From Eledone cirrhosa (lineage: Eukaryota), in the NCBI GenBank assembly GCA_964016885.1, contig OZ024742.1, positions 283,030,001 through 283,094,000 of the forward strand: a stretch of 64,000 bases of DNA. Direction: 5' to 3'. Below the pieces are notes generated by a model. The model did not search any database. It saw only the letters and a list, made by a program, of their open reading frames with translations, and was not told the origin of the DNA. Below, piece after piece: positions 59,544 to 64,000 of this stretch (within the stretch, counting starts at the first letter, position 1; the number at the start of each line of letters is the position of its first letter). The position numbers and the translations under genes are program-made.

Positions 59544-61232
59544 CAAAGGTTCTCAACGGGGGGCATATGCACCCCCGGGGGGCGTTTGGGAGCAAGGTCG
59601 CGTTAGGGGGGCGTTTGGAGATGGGGAGGGGGTTAGGGGGCGCTGGAAGGCTCTTTATTTTGGTAAGTTTTATAAGCCATATTTGTATGTCTTTGAGACA
59701 GCCAGTGTGAATGCATTTGAATGAGCTTGCAGACAGCATAACTATAGTCTGACCGCAGCTGTGAGCAGCTGTGAAGGCATGTCTTGTAATTGAGACATTA
59801 ACCGGTAATTGAGATCCTAAAAATGGAAAAACCCACAGTCGACTGGGTCAAAGACACTTTGAGCGCAGCCAGTTAGAATCTTATCTTTCCTTCACCGATA
59901 ACAATGTAGTTCATGTCTGAAATTATTGACTCAACCGTAACGAGTTAACATTATGTAGATCTATTTTATTCCCTATTGTATAAATAATATTACAAATAAA
60001 AAAAAAAGAAAAAAAAAAACAGAAGCGAGTAGCACACACATCTAGGACCACATACAACACATAATCAGATAATACACACATCTAGGACCACATACAACAC
60101 ATAATCAGATAATACACACATCTAGGACCACATACAACACATAATCAGATAATACACACATCTAGGACCACATACAACACATAATCAGATAATACACACA
60201 TCTAGGACCACATACAACACATAATCAGATAATACACACATCTAGGACCACATACAACACATAATCAGATAATACACACATCTAGGACCACATACAACAC
60301 ATAATCAGATAATACACACATCTAGGACCACATACAACACATAATCAGATAATACACACATCTAGGACCACATACAACACATAATCAGATAATACACACA
60401 TCTAGGACCACATACAACACATAATCAGATAATACACACATCTAGGACCACATACAACACATAATCAGATAATACACACATCTAGGACCACATACAACAC
60501 ATAATCAGATAATACACACATCTAGGACCACATACAACACATAATCAGATAATACACACATCTAGGACCACATACAACACATAATCAGATAATACACACA
60601 TCTAGGACCACATACAACACATAATCAGATAATACACACATCTAGGACCACATACAACACATAATCAGATAATACACACATCTAGGACCACATACAACAC
60701 ATAATCAGATAATACACACATCTAGGACCACATACAACACATAATCAGATAATACACACATCTAGGACCACATACAACACATAATCAGATAATACACACA
60801 TCTAGGACCACATACAACACATAATCAGATAATACACACATCTAGGACCACATACAACACATAATCAGATAATACACACATCTAGGACCACATACAACAC
60901 ATAATCAGATAATACACACATCTAGGACCACATACAACACATAATCAGATAATACACACATCTAGGACCACATACAACACATAATCAGATAATACACACA
61001 TCTAGGACCACATACAACACATAATCAGATAATACACACATCTAGGACCACATACAACACATAATCAGATAATACACACATCTTTGGAATATTGTTAATC
61101 AATTTTTTAGTAATCTACTGATATAAAAATCAGTAGTATATTGAAAAATAGAAAAATGGGAGGGGGGGGGGGCGTTTCGTGATTTCGAGGGACAAAAGGG
61201 GGCGTTTGGCCTAAATGGGTTGAGAACCTGTG
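59544..61232. mobile_element. Non-autonomous hAT (Charlie-like) element containing a 40-bp tandem array
   Basis: TIRs CAAAGGTTCTCAAC / CACAGGTTCTCAAC (rc). Perfect 8-bp TSD ATCTATAT (59536-59543, 61233-61240). Subterminal gggggcgttt motifs. Confidence 0.88.
60034..61083. repeat. 40-bp minisatellite, ~26 identical copies
   Basis: Unit acacacatctaggaccacatacaacacataatcagataat. Confidence 0.98.
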
Positions 61233-61494
61233 ATCTATATTATCCCACAATTCTTCAATTTTCTCCCTCCTTCGCTCCCTATTCTTATTCACATACCTGC
61301 AATTCTTCATACTTAATTAAGGACTCATTACTTCAACTATCAAAATTTCCTTTTCTCTCAACTATAGCCCCATGTTCTTTCCATTTCGGATTGTATTAAT
61401 TCTTTATAAAGATGATGGTTTCAGAGTAAAGGAGAGTGGGAGGGAGGGGCTAAAGGGGGCAGGATAGCAAGCAAAGTTAGTAGATATGTCCACC

Positions 61495-61530
<36 letters not shown>

Positions 61531-61782
61531 TATCTGAATCTTTGTCACCAGCTGTCTTCTGTTGTTACTGTTGTTGTTTTAGCTGATGATGATGATGATG
61601 ATGTCACTGTTGTTGATGTTGTTGTTGTTCACTAAAGTCATTTCTGCTCTGCAGCAGGATATGAGTATTATTTTACAAAATTTCATCAATGTCATAGTCA
61701 TCCTTGTTTGTCACCATTGGCAATCATTACCACCATCAGCAGCAGCAACAACAGCATCATCACCAAACACATTTGTCACTGA

Positions 61783-62020
61783 CATCATCATCATCATCAT
61801 CACTATCATCATTGTTACCATTGGTATCGTCTTCATCATTAGCATTCTTACCAATGCCATCATCAGTATTGTCATCTCAATTGTCAATGCCATCATCATC
61901 ATCATCATCACTATCATCATTGTTACCATTGGCATCGTCTTCATCATTAGCATTCTTACCAATGCCATCATCAGTATTGTCATCTCAATTGTCAATGCCA
62001 TCATCATCATCATCATCACC
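61783..62020. repeat. 108-bp tandem duplication in a (CAT)-rich tract
   Basis: cactatcatcattgttaccattgg...caattgtcaatgcc occurs twice. Confidence 0.9.
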
Positions 62021-62593
62021 ATCAATAACAATGATGTCCCACTGATTTCCATTGTCTTCACCTCAACCCTACCCCCAATGCCTTCCTGCAGCCAGTCATA
62101 ACTAATAATACAATAATAAACATTTTTTCATTCAATTTTTTTTTTATTTATTTAACCCCACATCACCCTAACCCCTTAAACATGCTTCCCTAAATAACTT
62201 AAAATTAATTTTAATGCATATTTAAGTTTGAAAAACAATTTTTTTTTTTTTTATATAAAAAAAAAATTATCAATAGCAAATGAAACAAAAGATAGATTAA
62301 TTGTGCCATTATTATTATTATCACCACCATCATCATCATCATCATCACCACCACCACCACCATCATCACCACCACCATCGCCATCATCATCACCACCACC
62401 ATCAACATCGCCATCATCATCATCATCACCACAACCATCATCAGCATCATTATCATCATTATCACTATCAACAAAATTATTTTCTCCATAACACTATCTC
62501 TACCATCATCAACTTTACTACCACCACCATCATCATCGTCATCATAACTACAATGAAGATGATCATCATCACCACCATCACCTATAACATTTA

Positions 62594-62805
62594 TTGGCAG
62601 TATCAGTAGAGGGTCAGGCGCCATGTTTTTCAGCACAGAATTATGGCCCTTTACGTTCTGGGTTCAAATCCCGCCAAGGTTAACTTTGCCTTTCATCCTT
62701 ACGGAGTCGATAAAATAAAGTACCAGTCACGCACTGGGGTCAATTTAATTGATTTCCCCCTCAGCCCAAAATCGATGGCATTGTGCCTCTATAAGAAACC
62801 ATTAT
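62594..62805 (+). mobile_element. SINE family 1 (long variant)
   Basis: Consensus head and core plus a tggggtcaatttaattgat segment. Confidence 0.85.
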
Positions 62806-62874
62806 TATCACTATTATTATTATTTCTTTATTATTGACCACAAGAGACGTACATAGAGGATAATACAAAGACGG

Positions 62875-63105
62875 GAATTGTTTCTACTTTTGGCACAAGG
62901 CCAGCAATTATTCCAGTGTATTACTGGTACTTTATTTTATCGACCCCATAAGGATGAAAGGCAAAGTTAACCTTGGTGGGATTTCCCTTCTGAGTTCAAA
63001 TCCCGCCAAGGTTAACTTTGCCTTATATCCTTACGGGGTCGATAAAATAAAGAACCAGTAATAGACTGGGTAATTGCTGGCCTTGTGCCTAAAGTAGAAA
63101 CAATT
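62875..63105. mobile_element. Inverted pair of family-1 SINE 3' halves
   Basis: 62875-62985 (minus) and 62989-63105 (plus) form a ~110-bp imperfect hairpin. Confidence 0.85.
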
Positions 63106-63543
63106 ATTATAATTTCTTTATTATTATTGGCCACAAGAGTCATACATAGAGGATAATACAAAGAGGGGAACAGTGGGGGTTTAGAATAATATCATGTAAA
63201 ATAAAAAATATTACCATTATCATAATTCTGTTATTTTTGGTTGTATTTTTTATTGTTTATTTTTTTTTAACCTCAATTCCCCATTATATTTAAATTTTGG
63301 GCTCATACGTGGCTTTTAGCGGTTTTTAGGGGACATGAAGGATGTCTTTTGGTGACACACCATTTATTTTCAGTGGAAGTGACACACTGGGCATATGGGG
63401 ACGGCGTGGGGGTGTAAACTGGTAAAGGAACGTATAAGTTTAGGTTAAATAAATATTAATTTAATTCAAATTTAATTGGAGAAAAGCATTGAAATAATAA
63501 ATTTCACATGCAGTAGTTGATAAAAACAAAACAGATATTGTAT

Positions 63544-64000
<457 letters not shown>

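Noticed and set aside
60034-61083. CRISPR-like array near a reverse transcriptase
   Set aside because: Units are contiguous and identical with no spacers, there are no cas genes, the context is eukaryotic and the RT is a LINE.

Overview
Eukaryotic, very AT-rich, repeat-saturated DNA with no host protein-coding exon I can support, so probably intronic or intergenic. The (TA)n/(CAT)n load and the SINE and RTE repertoire suggest a cephalopod, probably Octopus (inference only). Nearly all ORFs in the track are translations of simple repeats. The real coding remnants are all transposon-derived. They are two near-identical 5'-truncated RTE-clade LINEs (41.6-43.8 kb and 55.5-57.8 kb) plus a diverged third copy, all with a C4HC3 PHD finger inside the reverse transcriptase; 3' fragments of other RTE, Rex3-like and CR1-like LINEs; and a Merlin/IS1595-type transposase fragment between ~200-bp inverted repeats. 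The window also holds many tRNA-derived SINEs, hAT, piggyBac-like and mariner-like MITEs (two hAT elements carry internal tandem arrays), a Helitron and several minisatellites. The least obvious signal is a set of short non-coding elements lodged in (TA)n tracts. They carry minimal type-I hammerhead ribozyme motifs (two apparently intact, at 18.2 kb and 28.8 kb, several decayed), fold-back inverted ends of variable length and a recurring TATTGAGTAC tail motif. This fits Penelope-like or retrozyme-like non-autonomous retroelements. All alignments and folds were done by eye, and boundaries of degenerate elements are approximate.
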